Shown: positions 35,674-48,511 of the stretch, piece after piece | Position numbering within the stretch: position 1 is the first letter of the stretch | Layout: each line of letters starts with the position of its first letter | DNA from: Lama glama | Lineage: Eukaryota | Assembly: GCA_028534125.1 (NCBI GenBank) | Contig: CM052832.1 | Location: forward strand, 20,400,001 to 20,464,000 | Length of the DNA: 64,000 nt | Direction of reading: 5' to 3' | The notes under the pieces: generated by a model | The model's input: the letters and a program-made list of their open reading frames with translations, nothing else | What the model was told of the DNA's origin: nothing | Database searches by the model: none | Program-made: the position numbers and the translations under genes

Positions 35674-38435
35674 ATCCTGCACGCGAACCATACCGTTGAT
35701 TTTTTGTTGTTAGTTGGTTGGTTTGTGTTATTTTTTTGCATTTAGTTTTGTTCAAAATACTGACATGAGATACGTGATGAATTCATGAAATATCAACTTC
35801 CCTTACAGCAGAGCTGTGAAATCTCTACCCAGCAACCAGGAAAGCATTAACATAAACTTCACAAGTAAGTTGGATTTCAGGTGAATTTTTTGCCTACCTT
35901 CTGTAATTTTCAGTCTGATAAAGTATATACTTCATGTAATAAAAAGCATTTTAGAGATTAAAGCACTATTAGCATGCTGAATATACATACATAACTTTTT
36001 AGTGATATTAAGGAAAATCCAGTATTTTTCAGGCAGATTTCACATCAATTTGTTCTCTTATAAATTTCATTGTGGTTTTTTTCATTTCCTTAGAATTTCC
36101 TAGGAATTAAAAATATTTATTCCATGACTTGAGTTCACTATAAGAGAGAATGCCCTATATTAACGTTGCAATTCTGGGAGAAATAGTTATTTGCCATGTA
36201 TGCTGAGAATTCTTGGCTCTGGGCATCCAAGTTTTCAATGTGGCTGATTACTTAACCCCACTACCTCAGTGGGGGGCACTTGTTATAATAGGTAGGTTAA
36301 GTGGGCATGACTCTTCCAAAGTTTCTAGGGAGAATAGTGTTTGTTTTCCTTTGGGCTAAAGACTTAATTTGTTACCTAGTTTTGCACTAACTTCATGGAT
36401 CTACAACCTGGGATAGGAAAGAGAAAAAGTGATTACATTCAGTGAAATGGACAAATATACCAGAACAAGAAATCCTGTTAAAATGTGGGATGTATTCCCC
36501 AAGGCAAGCAATGCTATAATTATCATAATATACTACTTCTCTCATATTGCTGTGAAGTATAAAACACAGCAACTTACCTACCTTTAATTAGCTGTATTTA
36601 GTATTTTTATGGCCACTGAACATGGTGCTCAGATTACCATATATTAGCATATAATTTGCATACACACCTCAAGGTATTTGGTTTTATTGCTATTACCTTT
36701 TGTGGCCCTATTTCAGTAATGGTGCTAATGGAATATAAAAAAGAGATTTCTGACTCAATTCACTTTACAGTCGGGAGTTTTACAATGGTAAGTTCCATGT
36801 TTAATATAAAATGCCTCAAAAAAATGTCTGTGCCTTCTTAAAGTGGTCAATCAGCCTGTGTACTTATCTGGCAAATGTGACAGGTTTCCCAGGAAGGCAT
36901 TTACTTTCATTCGGAGCTCAATAAAGACATATTTTATAAGGCTTGGGGTAAACTGTTTCATGTTTGCTTAGAAGAAAGTTGCACACATGATTTAGTGAAT
37001 CTTACCAGTCTACCAGCAGATAAAGGCCCAGAGAGAGAAAAAATAACAGCTGCAGAGACAGAATTTGGAGAAAGGTCAGAGGTCAGTGTCTACATCTGCA
37101 TTCACTGGGAGACAGAGAGGGAAAATAAAGGGTCTCTCTTTGTTGCGAGTCAGCACTATTTGAGAAAAGTGCAGATACCAACTTAATTACCAATGTTCCC
37201 TTTTGCCCTAGGGTGCTGCAGCAGGCTATAAATCAATACCTAAGGTCACATTGCTAAAAGCATGAAAAAAATCAGTCTTTCTTGCACTTGGGAGCATTGT
37301 TTTGTGCTTCTTCCTTAGTGTTACTCGCATTCGATACCAGACAGAAACAGAGGGCTGGAGTCAAGGCAGAGGGCATCAGAATTATGAAAGCTGATGTAAG
37401 AAGCAGGCCTTTTGAACTTCAGGCAACTCTTGAACTGTGTCAAATCTCCCATCGTTATTCGATGTTTGTTGTTGATTCGCTCGTTTTTAATCCCTTCACC
37501 CAATCCTTAAGCCTAACTGCAATAAATAAAATTTACTGTCAATTATGTGCCAATTTGGAAATAAAGCTAACCATTTTTTTTTCAATTCAAAAATAATTTC
37601 AGAGTAAATGTGTTTGGGACTACTGATACATTTTTATTCATCTTTCTTTCAACCAGCTATGCAAATTCCTACATCAGATTTTGATAAGTAGGAGAATGTT
37701 ATTCTGTTTTTTAAAAACTGTCTTTGTTAACCTAGAGAGACTACAATACCTAGAAGAGAAAGCATGACATTTGTCACATGCAAAATGAAAAATGGTCATT
37801 TCAAGGTAAGACTGTCTTAACATAACTCACTTTGATGGTCAAAAAAGGACTCCCTTCTTGCTTTATTGCATCAAAGGGACTCTATTTGAGAGGCAGCTCG
37901 GGTTTGGTTCACAGGACAATATGACCATATTTGAATGGGATGACCACATCAGGATTTTGATTATTGCAGTAATTTATGCGGTCATCACAGATCAGACCAA
38001 CCATGCAGCAGGGTGATTTGGTTGTTAACACAAAAGAAATACCTACATTGATTATGCTGGAGGCAGGGAGGTATGAATCACATCTTAGATCTAACATCTT
38101 TAAATACTGAAGTTTTACAGTTTATTCTACACACTTAGAGTATCTGTAACAGTTTAATTTTCAATGTGCATTCTATACCTTAAAGAGTTTTTGGAAGTAG
38201 ATAAGGTGCAGATTACAGATATGTGAAAATAATAGCAATAATTCCTGTAAACCATCCATTTTTTTCTTTATAAAGATTTCTTCCCCAAAGCACTCTTTCC
38301 AGAACTGTTTAATCTGGTCCACCTTTCTGTCTCACTTGTACCATCTAAACTGGTCCTTATGTAAAGTACATTCTTCTACAGATCTCCAAGTTAAAGAACT
38401 CTATAATGTGTATAAATGTCATCTGATTGGTCTTT

Positions 38436-38610
38436 CACAGAATCATACTATTTTGAGCAAGACTATTAGAAGTCATCTGGCTGAACAGTTGTTTTGTTTT
38501 GTTTTTTTAATTAGTGAAAAAATAGAGAGGCCATCTCATTTTGCTGTGAGGACTCAGTTGAAAAGAACAGTGCAGTTCAGTAACTAACTTGGGTTCAGGG
38601 GAATTTTCCA
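38436..38610 (-). mobile_element. MIR3-like fragment
   Basis: cagaatcata...gactattagaagtcatctggctgaac. Confidence 0.4.
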
Positions 38611-40614
38611 ATAAGTGAGACGTCCTACTCAATGCCTTGCTGTAGAGCCACAAATATTTACTTATCTAATTAGGTATACAAAGAGGCTCACTGATAATGC
38701 AAAATCTGCTACCTTTCCCAGAGTGGACAAAAAGGAGATAAAGCTTAAAATGAAATGATAGCATATAGTGGCAACTTGTATCTTCCTTGACTTCACAATC
38801 AGAGAAACAGGAAGTTGAAAGAAGAGATTCATTTGCTATTCGTTCATGAAAATGGGAGACTGATGTAAAAGGCGGTTCCTTCTGTTGCCACAGAGAGTTC
38901 TCGAGAATGAACACACATCTTATTATAACTGCTCAGATTATAAAACACAAGTCATAATTGAAGGTAGTGTCTATTCTAAACACTGAGGGCAATCTGCCCT
39001 GGCATCTCGCTATCCATCCTGCCTTCAGGGAGCCATTGAGCATATGCACACTGCATCAGCCAGAGCCTGCCAGCATCTAATGTCTCTCTAGGGTTTCACC
39101 ATTACCCGATTTGAATGCTGAGAAGATGCTCATAATTGCTTATTATGACATTAGACAAGAGAATTCAAGTCCCATTTGACTGTAATGAGCTTGTGGATTC
39201 TCTCTTTTGTGGGTCCGATCACACACAGAATGGAACGTGAGGCATCTATACTGAAAGAGAATTACACTTCAACAGCGGAGCATGAGGCTTGGACCCCTGT
39301 TCATTTTAATTTTTTTTCCTGTTACTTTCCACAGCCTATTTGATAGAAACAAAAATAATATCAATTACAAAATCTTTCAGCAAAGACCCTCAAACTTCTT
39401 TCATAACTGGAATTTATTTCCCCAGGTTTCCTCTGAAAGAATTCAGACATACTGTCTCTACACTGCAGGTGAGCAAATTAAATGGTAAAAACAAATAAAA
39501 TTATTTCTTTAAGATGATGTACGGACTAAAATGACAGAATCAGTCCGTTTTCCATGCAGCATAAAACAATAACAAGAACTATGTACATCATGAGCAGGTG
39601 TAACCCCTACTTAGAATTGAATTAGAATTGAAAACCCCTACTTAGAATTCGGTGAAACACCCCTGTGATTATTTCAGTAAGGAACACGTTTAAGAAATTA
39701 CCAGCCTATCTGATTTTCACCAGATGGAAAGTCAAAGAAGGCCTATAAAGATGACACAGAACATGGCTACAAAAAAGGGGCAAAAAGAGTAACTGGACTG
39801 AATTTGATTTCTAAGTGGAAGAACGAGGAACCACTGGGTGTGCCTGGGATTTCATCGTTCTGCGGTTTGACAGAGCATCCGTGCGTCCTGCTTCCTCACA
39901 GTAGTAACCAGATGGCGGAAGGAGGGAAACAATGATGACCTGGATTCTAACAGAAAGCACATGGAGCCCCCAGGGCTTTCCATTCAAAGCTACAGCTGAA
40001 ATTGTAACATGGAAGTGCAGTGGTAGGTGTTACAGCCAAGCAGCTCGGGAAGCAAGGGTGCGTTCATGATCAAGTCTGCAGGCAGGTGTAATACTAATGT
40101 CGTGCTCAATGGAAGTGGGTTTTTTTTTCCATGATAAATTTTAAACGCAGTTGCGGCCATTCTGAAGATAGCACTAAATTTCCTCCATCTCAGGCTGGCT
40201 CTGAGTTATTAAGTCAAATTATCTGGCTGCCAGAAGAGAAAAGCTGTGAGTTGGGCTTCACTTTTTGAGGGAACTTTAACAAGCATTTTAAAAAGAATAT
40301 GTAACATGTTTCTCTCTCTCTCCTACAAATGTCAGCAGGGACTTTCCACTCCTGGAGAGAAAAATCTGGTGCAAAAGTAAAATAACTGGACCAGAAATGG
40401 AATTAAGTTCTAATTTTTTAATCTGTCGCAAAGAACTGGGTAGCCTTAGGCAAACCATGCGATCTCTTAATTTGGTTTGATTCATATGAAGCAGCCTGCA
40501 TTCAAGTTCAACAGAATGTTTACTGATATTTGGCTTTAGAATGTTAGGTTGAATCAACTGCAAAGTTACTTCTTTGTAATTTCCTTATTTTTCAAAACAA
40601 GAAAAAAAAAAAAC

Positions 40615-40736
40615 CGACAAACCAACCGGCATCAGTATGAGTGTCAATTATTTGCGAGGCAATAAAATGCTAGAAATACAAAGAATAAATGGAATAAACT
40701 CTATTTATTTATTAGGAGTTCAAAATCTGTAAGGGA
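40615..40736 (-). mobile_element. L2 tail fragment
   Basis: atgagtgtcaattatttgcgaggca...tgctagaaatacaaagaataaat...ggagttcaaaatct. Confidence 0.5.
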
Positions 40737-40819
40737 ACTTTTTGCTCCCCCAGCCTCCCAGATTACACCACACCTGCAATGTGGACTTCACAAAGCCGTT
40801 ATGCCTGCAAAGGGCCTCT

Positions 40820-41015
40820 GGTCCTCTCCATTTATCAGTAATCAATTTCCAAGTCCATGAATATCTCTCAATCCCCGTTTTCTCACCCCCACAATAGAAA
40901 TAATAGCAGGCGCTAGCTCAAATGGTTGCATGAAGCTAACACAATATATTCAAATAAAATAATTAGTGCCATGCCGGACTGAGAGTAAGTGCCACATAAA
41001 TGTTAAATATTAATT
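40820..41015 (+). mobile_element. MIR
   Basis: cgttttctcacc...aatagaaataatagcag...ggttgcatgaag...atgccggactgagagtaagtgccacataaatgtta. Confidence 0.7.
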
Positions 41016-41136
41016 ACTCGTATAGTCATAAAAGCTTGAATGTTGCAATAATGTATAGAGGAATACATAAAATACTCTTTAATAAAAATATAAAGGGATT
41101 TACATATTCTGTCATTATAAATAAGATAATGGAAAT

Positions 41137-41545
41137 TGTTATGGGCTGAGTTGTGCCCGGCCCTTTAAATGAATGTGTTAAAGCCTTACCTGCCAGTACT
41201 TCAGAATGTGACTGTATTTGGAAATATGACCTTCAAGGAGGTAATTAAGATTAAATGAGGTTATATGGGTAAGTCCTAACCCAACCGGACTGACGTCCTT
41301 AGAAGAGAAAATCTGGACAGAGGCAGAGACACCAGGGAGGCGAACGCGCAGCAAAAAGACCAGGTGAGGACACAGCAGGGAGACAGCCATCTGCAGGCCA
41401 CGGGGAGAGGCCTCAGGAGAAACCAAACCTGCCAACGCCTTGACCTTGGACTTCCTACCTCCAGAACTGTGAGGAAATTCATTTCTGTTGTTTAAGCCCT
41501 CCCGTCTGTGGCATTTTGTTTTGGGATCCTGAGCAAACTAATAGA
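41137..41545 (+). mobile_element. MLT1B (ERVL-MaLR) full solo LTR
   Basis: Starts tgttatgggctgagttgtg; cagaatgtgactgtatttgg; gagaggcctcaggagaaaccaaacctgcc; cctccagaactgtgag; ends agcaaactaataga. Confidence 0.93.
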
Positions 41546-42479
41546 AAATGAAAGTACTTTAAATAACATAAATAGATGTTCACACAATGATTCAAAAGAT
41601 ACACACAGGTTGTCTTCCCTTTTAGCTTCTGAGCACGTGTACTTATAAAAAATTAGTAGTATCAAATAAAAATTACCTTTGTACAGAGTAAAGAAATATT
41701 CAAACAACTCAAGAGCATAAAATAAAAAAACGTTTCCCCTCTTCTATTTGAAATGGATAGATGAGGTTATCAATACATTTCTGGGCCAAATGTGTGCAAC
41801 AGGAACCCTTTATCTGATACACAGATGACCACTAGTTCACATACCCTCAAGGGTGCACAACAATGAATCCAGGGTCCTCACTCTTCCATTGTCACCACCA
41901 AAGGGGAACACCCACATCATTCCAGAGACCTGAGCCGGCTACAAGAGGTCATCCACACTGGTTTTTCGGGTGGACCATGTGAGACAACAGCCAACACAGA
42001 GCCTCATGCACAGGATGGCTCAACATATATCTGTCTGTTAATTTGAAATGCCTGACTAATGACGCCTCAGCTACTAACTTTTATAAAACTAGATGCTCGT
42101 GGTTTCACTGAATATAATGAAGGCTAATTTGTGGTCAGGTCTGTATGTGTGCAGCTAGAAGTGTAACAGTATTTCTGTTAGTACCAGGGATTTTGCTAAA
42201 CACACCTCAAGTCTTCTTGTTTATTTAGTTCACTTGATATAGCTTCCTCCTTGCACTAACTCAGGGCCAAATACAGAATTTGCTCTTACTATTTTGCTGC
42301 TCTGCAAGTGTCAGGGAATCTAAAAACAAGGATTAACTTTACCTATATAATTTACCATAAAATCTATGGGCCAAAGCAATTATCTAGATCCATTTACAAC
42401 TTTCCTGAAATTCCTGAAGATTCCCTTCTGCAGCTTCCTAAGAAACAGACGAAAGGAAAACAAAATATGGAGTGTTTGT

Positions 42480-42568
42480 TTCCCGTCACAGTTCCTGACA
42501 GTATTACACTGGGCAGGTCGTTTCTTCTTTCTTCCCTGTTTGTAAATGAGAATAATACTGACTCTGAT
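42480..42568 (+). mobile_element. MIR core fragment
   Basis: ctgggcaggtcgtttc...ttccctgtttgtaaatgagaataatac. Confidence 0.5.
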
Positions 42569-42569
42569 T

Positions 42570-42843
42570 TCTAATAACGAACTATGATTTCTTATGATTC
42601 CGTGTATCGGCAGGCTGGTTCTTTTGCTTACCTTGTCTGGGCGCTCTCAGAAAGCTGCGTTCAGCTGGTGCATCCTCTGGGGATCGGACTGGGCTCACCT
42701 GGGCTTACCTGGGTCACCCGGACCTCCCACTCGGTGCCTGACAGTCCACCGGGGCTTCTGTTCTATGATTCGCTTTTCCTCCTCGTGGTTTCTCATCCCG
42801 CAGTACCTGGTGGCGAAACAGCTGGCGTGAGGGTGAAAGCTTT
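42570..42843 (-). mobile_element. MLT1 (G/H/I-like) LTR fragment
   Basis: tttcttatgattccgtg; ggctggttcttttgc; gctgcgttcagctgg; gtggtttctcatcc; gagggtgaaagc. Confidence 0.7.
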
Positions 42844-42844
42844 A

Positions 42845-43491
42845 CTTAAAAGTATCTTATTTAATATTTTGGTATTCTTTTGTTATAATTTAACTTCTGC
42901 CTTTTAATTTTATAGATAACTTTGACCTTCTGGGAGAAAGGCCTTTTTTGAAAAGACATATGAAAAATGACTTTCATATTCCATCTTTTATATTTACTTT
43001 ATCATACACTTTGAGGAAAATACATCCAAAATTAATTTTTGTACACTTTAAATATTTTTAATTACTTAGATCATTACAGTCACTAGAACACAAATTATAT
43101 GAAAGTCTTGATGAAAATAACAGCGATTTTGCTAAGATTAATATGACAGAATTAATATATAAAAGCTATGTATTTCATGTGTCTATTTTCTTAGTCATCT
43201 TAATATAATAAACTGTATTAGAACACTCAGATATACACAATAATACAATTTAGTTGTTTTTACTATTTTCTTGATTCATTAGAATAAAAACCATAGCTTT
43301 ACATGTATGTGTTAATTCTTGTCAACATAACGGAATATTCATTTAAAAAAACAGATGAAAAGAATATGTCAACATAAAGGATATTATTTTTATCAGTCTG
43401 TTAAATTGATTTATAATTTTTATATATTTGGCTATGTGGGTTTTCACTTGTACTCTTGCCCCAAGCCCTGCAAATATTAGGGACAGGTTTG
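42845..43491 (-). mobile_element. Zaphod/MER115-like hAT-Tip100 DNA transposon end
   Basis: Minus strand begins caaacctgtccctaatatttgcagggcttggggcaagagtacaagtg...cccacatag...ttataaatcaa, followed by a very AT-rich body. Confidence 0.75.
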
Positions 43492-43739
43492 GTAATTAAA
43501 AAATCTCAAACAAGGAAGTAACTGATAAACACTGCACTCAGGCAAGATCACTCCCGTGCAGACAGTAAGACTCTCTGGGAGGCTGGTTGCCCTCTGCATG
43601 GGTAGCATTTCAACCTCTACCAGAACCTCTAAAACAACACCACTCACGTCTTCCCACATCTCTGAAGAGGATCTGAGTCCTCCCACTGGCCAGCCAGTCC
43701 CTGGCTACAGGCCTACCCGCTTTCAGACCAGCCATTTTT

Positions 43740-43964
43740 GACGGCTCAGCCACAAGGATGGAAGGATGAGGCAGAAGCCACCCGCATCTCGAGGCCCAAG
43801 TAATTGGTGTCACTTTTGACAAATTTCACTGGTGAAAGCAAGTCACAGGTTTATCCCATATTCAGTGGGTAGGTCAGTAGACACTCTTTCGGAAGGGTGA
43901 AGAAACAAAGTCAAGTACATAGGAATACACAAGAAGGATGAGAGAGTGTTAGCAAAGTCCCACA
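43740..43964 (-). mobile_element. MLT1 LTR fragment (5' part)
   Basis: gtgtcactttt...ctggtgaaagcaagtcacagg...cccatattca...tagacact...caaagtc...ccaca. Confidence 0.7.
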
Positions 43965-44704
43965 AAGACCTGCTTCATAATATGACATGACTTTCTTTGA
44001 AGTCATTTAGACATCATGGCCTCAGCCTCTTCCAAACGTGTGGCCCCGTGCAGGTGCTCCAAGAGGAACCATGAGCTGAAATAATAATAGACATGCTAGG
44101 GGTAGACCCCCAGTTCTGAAACAATCACCATGTATCCATGCATTCCTTGCCTAAGTTTTAATTTAAAATGTCATGAATTACAAATAGTACTTGACAATGA
44201 GCCAAAAATGTTTTCTGACTTTCCCCCAGATTGCACTAGGTAGGCATCAATTGTCTGGTCTCCATCCCGCTGTAGAATGGTGCACCATTCTACAGTGCAA
44301 CACTAGCAGAGTAACATGCTGGGGGTGGGGTGATTCTCCTGCTCAGTGAAAACTACTGCAGTTTGGTTATATGGGATTGGTGGTAGCAAAAATACCCCAA
44401 AATGTTCACAAGCAGCTATTTCACTCACTTTATATCTCTGTCCACCAGAGGCATGTGCTGCTGTTACCAAGAGACTGAACCCCACCGTATCTCAGCAGGA
44501 ACAGCCCTTTATACAGGGGGACCCATCTTTCTGGGAAGTTGCTATCTCCCCATTAGATGAGCTGGAAATTTGAAATGAGAATTCACCCACTATAGAACAA
44601 GTGTACTTTCTCAAAAATTACGTTTATTTGAAATTCAAATTTTACTAGGCACGGTTCCTGTCTGAGTCCCTACCTTCTCTGAACTTGAAGAAAAATGAGA
44701 GATG

Positions 44705-44713
44705 ATATATATA

Positions 44714-44744
<31 letters not shown>
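44705..44744. repeat. (TA)n microsatellite, interrupted once
   Basis: Read directly from the sequence. Confidence 0.95.
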
Positions 44745-44747
<3 letters not shown>

Positions 44748-44761
44748 GTATATATTTATTA

Positions 44762-44865
44762 AATGTTACTTCTTCATTGCCCAAGATTTTTCTGGTTTTA
44801 GCTCTGAACATCCCACATCCAGAAAACCCCCTGCCCCCGGGCAAATCAGTACAGTTAGTCTGATA
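44762..44865 (+). mobile_element. MER81 (hAT-Blackjack MITE)
   Basis: ttgcccaagatttttctggttttagctctgaacatcccacatccagaaaacccc...ccgggcaaatcagtacagttagtc. Confidence 0.8.
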
Positions 44866-45087
44866 AACACTGACTCTTCAAAGACAGTGCTCGTATTTCC
44901 ATTACTATTATTTACTTAGTACATACATAGTAAGTACTTTTTGAACACATGAATGAATGCATGAGCACATAAGAGAAGGCTGGGGAGCCAGAGGAAGGCG
45001 GGGAGGGAAAGGCTGCTCAAGAGATGAGACACGCTGCATATCTGTGGCAGAGCAGAGGGATAGGACTGGTTAGTTGGGGCACAGACG

Positions 45088-45234
45088 AGTAGCTTCAACC
45101 CTGCTGTACCTCAAAATCCTCTTAGAAGTTTTTTAAAAATACCCACACTTGGATTCTATCAATTGAATGAAGTCTCTAGAGATATAGCCCTGGCATTTTT
45201 TTTTTTTTAAAGCTCCAGGATTTAGAATCACTGG
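45088..45234 (+). mobile_element. MER5B-like element
   Basis: agtagcttcaaccctgctg...ttttaaaaatac...ggcattttt..aaagctccagg...agaatcactgg. Confidence 0.6.
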
Positions 45235-46009
45235 CTTAGGGCCTCTCAAGGCAGGCAAACATCCTGCAGTAGAGAGACTCTGGGGGGAAAAATTAACTAA
45301 AACTAAAAGATACTGAGAGGTGGTATGATTCTAACACCCTTCTCCAATGACCTCACTTCGGTGAGTTTCTTATTTGGATGGTTGTTATTTCTGCTGCCAC
45401 TTCAGATACATAATTTCCTCCCAAATGTGTGAGTTCTTGGCTCATTTCTACAGAGAAGCTGGGAGTCAGAGGAATGTTGTGGCTGAGTTTCCCTACGCTC
45501 TGATGTGCATGGCACATCTGTCTTCAAAGAGCTGTTTGGAAAAATAAATAGCATTCAAAGCCAGGCAAAGAAAATAGTTAACGTTAGCAATTTTGTTAAC
45601 ACATCCAGGAAACAGACTAGCTACTGGCAGGCTAAATAAATGTGTGCCATGCATGACCTTCAAAATCATTGATCTTAAAGATTATAAACAATACCCAACT
45701 GACCCATTGGTCTGTGTCCTCGGATTAAGAGATCCTGTCATGTACATTCCCCTTTGTAGTGTATTGCTGCCAATAAGGAAGACGATTTAAAATATATATA
45801 TATATTGAACCATGTTATGTGTGATCATTAATCACCAACTCTCCCTAGGACTACCGTCATAAATACTGCATCTGCATAAAATTCCCTGCTGAAATTACCC
45901 TGCCATCTTTTCAGCCTTCTAGGAAAACACAGAAACACTTGGAGGGAAGAGGAAATAAAAAAGGCACAGAGAAAGGAAACAAAGAATAGGAAATGGACCA
46001 CTTTTTAAA

Positions 46010-46298
46010 CTTCATTTTAAGTTATTTAAATTATGTTTTAAAAATGATTTTCGATTTTATCCAAAGGTCTTTAAACTTGCTTTTAAATGTGCACTTTGTC
46101 TCATAGCACTGTTTGATGGCGATAGTAAACACATTTGACTAAGTTTTTTATATTTTGTTATTTCTCTGTTACCAAGTATATCTTCATAGAGCAATTTCAA
46201 ATTTTGTGGCACTGGAAGCCGATACAAAGTTCAGCACAAAGGTCTGTGAAAGGGCCCTGCTGCTGAAGCTTCATTAATATCACGGTAAATCTGTTCTG
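46010..46298 (-). mobile_element. Arthur1-like hAT-Tip100 transposon end
   Basis: Minus strand begins cagaacagatttaccgtgatattaatgaagcttcagcagcagggccc; left boundary uncertain. Confidence 0.65.
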
Positions 46299-46769
46299 GT
46301 CTGCTAGCATCATATATGGGGATGTAAATGATACTTCTTTCCTCCTGTTTCTCGTTTTTAAAATGATATCAAATCATATAGGTGTATAAGATTCCAATAA
46401 CATAGAATTGCAAAAATAAAAATTGAAAGGCCTTTTTCACTGCTCATCATGTAACTCTCCAGAGGTGATGGCTGTCAGCATTTAGCATGTGAAATGTACC
46501 ATTTTTAAGGAATGCTTTCAAATAGTTGTCTAAAACCTATTTTTATACTATATTTTATATATATATATAGCAATTTATATATCTATAGCTACATATATAT
46601 ATATGAATATATATAAAATTTCAAGTGTTTAGATAAGCATATATATTCTGTCAACTCTTGACATCAAAGGCTGCAGATTCAATTTGTAGCTTCCCTGGGT
46701 CTTTCTCTTATTTATCTTCTCCTTTAAGTGTGCACTTGATTTGGGGAAGTTAAGTCTCTTAATATCACT

Positions 46770-47045
46770 TAACAGTGGTAAAAGGGGCAACTCAAGCATC
46801 AGAGCTGGATTTGAATCTCTGCTCAGAAATTTAATAAATACATGATTTAGGTATTAATACATGTCACTACTTTGAAATTTCCTGAACTACTTAACAATTT
46901 TGCAGTTCTCCATCTTCAAAATCAGGATAATAATAATAACCAGCAAATGGGGTTGTTGCAAGGATTAAATGAGATATTACATGCAAACAGCTCGTCATAA
47001 TCCTGGAACATCATGTATGCAATAAATACGAGAAACCATCACATC
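46770..47045 (+). mobile_element. MIR
   Basis: ctggatttgaatctctgctc; cagttctccatcttcaaaatcaggataataata; gggttgttgcaaggattaaatgagata. Confidence 0.85.
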
Positions 47046-47934
47046 ATCTTCAAAGTCATCATTATCACTATCGGCTTCATTCTCATTATCAGTGAGTAGC
47101 TAAAGGAAGAGAGGTTATAAAAAATGAAATATGATTTTCACTACTTATTTATAACTTGATGGATGCTTTTCAGTGGAAGAGTTTGAAATTACCATCTACA
47201 GTGAAATTTAGGGTACCCTGTGGACAGTTACACCACGTAACCTCCAAGGACATCAACTTGTGCCTCTGTTCTCAAAAGAGATGCTCATAGACCAAATGAT
47301 TGCGTTGCCTATTAAATCAACTTAAAACATACAGTGAGAGAAAGGGGAAGAAACAGGGTGTTAATAATTTGGGGGTAGTGTGTGAATCTCACAGAAGGAC
47401 TGCCCTACCTGAATCCTGGGTATGCAATGTTCCTATACCCTCCCTGTTGACCCATCAGCCATCCGTGTTCCTGGTGTAGCTGTAAGGAGCAGAGTAGAGA
47501 CTTGAGCCAGGGGGCTCAGCAGATGGGAGATGCCTGGAGCCAACACACACTTGCATTTTCCAAAAGACACAGGGCAAGTCCATCTGGCCCATAGCATAGC
47601 TGTAACTTGCCAATTAGCCTGATGAGCAGCTACAATTTATCTGTATTTCTCAGGCAGAGGGCACATGGGGCCAGAATGAGCACCACCCACAGGTGGCTGA
47701 TTTACGGCTTCATGAATATATATTGTCTCCTTGGTCCCTCCATCCCTTCCTATCCGCCTGCAGACACAAGATACACAAGCGGTGCTCCTTTATCTGTGCC
47801 CAACATGTCTCCCAAGTGACTTTCTCCTCTTCTTCTTTTATCTGACTCCTTGTTTTCCTGTCTTCTTTTCTATGGAAGAATTGAAAAGCCTTACTTCACA
47901 GAGAAAACATTCATTATGCAGGGCTTCTACTCGT

Positions 47935-48201
47935 GGTGACAGAGTGGGGTTATTATGACCCTGCTTTCAAACCAGTTCACTTGGATTCAAATTCTAGCCC
48001 ATCGCTTAACAGCTGTGTAAATGTGGGTAAGTCACTTAATCTTTCTGTGCTTCAGACTCCTCCTCTGCAAAACATGGATGATAATGATACTAATAGTACC
48101 TGTCTGAGAAGGCTGTTGTGTTGATCAAGTGAGTTATTTAACCAAAGTGTTCAGAACAGTGTCCGGCACTTAGTAAGGACGCAGTATGTAGCAGCTCTTA
48201 T
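47935..48201 (+). mobile_element. MIR, near full length
   Basis: ggattcaaattctagc; agctgtgtaaatgtgggtaagtcacttaatctttctgtgcttcag; aatagtacct; agaacagtgtccggcacttagtaag. Confidence 0.9.
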
Positions 48202-48299
48202 GACGTTTAGCCCTTCGGACAGTGTGCTCTTGGCTGGAAGCCTGACCTAGGGGGGCAGGAGGACATGTCAATGTGTTCCCGGAGGGAGAAAATAAGTCT

Positions 48300-48511
48300 T
48301 TCCATTTACAGGGTGCTTGCCACTTACAAAGAACTGTAAAGTAACTGATCATTTTAAGATTTCAAAGTGAATCTAGGAAGCGGCTATGACCTCTATTTTA
48401 CAGATCAAGACCCAGAAGTTCAGGAGATGAAAGGGCTTACTCAGAGACACACATTTATCAGGTATCAGGTCATGACTTGAATCCATGTCTTCCTGTTCTG
48501 TGTTCAGCCCT
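48300..48511 (-). mobile_element. MIR (MIRb/c-like)
   Basis: ccatttacagggtgctt; ctattttacagatcaaga; cttactcagagacacaca; gacttgaatccatgtcttcctg. Confidence 0.75.

Noticed and set aside
39932..39999. Box C (ATGATGA) ... box D (CTGA) at snoRNA-like spacing
   Set aside because: No properly positioned terminal stem and no rRNA/snRNA guide that I can recognise; such pairs occur by chance.
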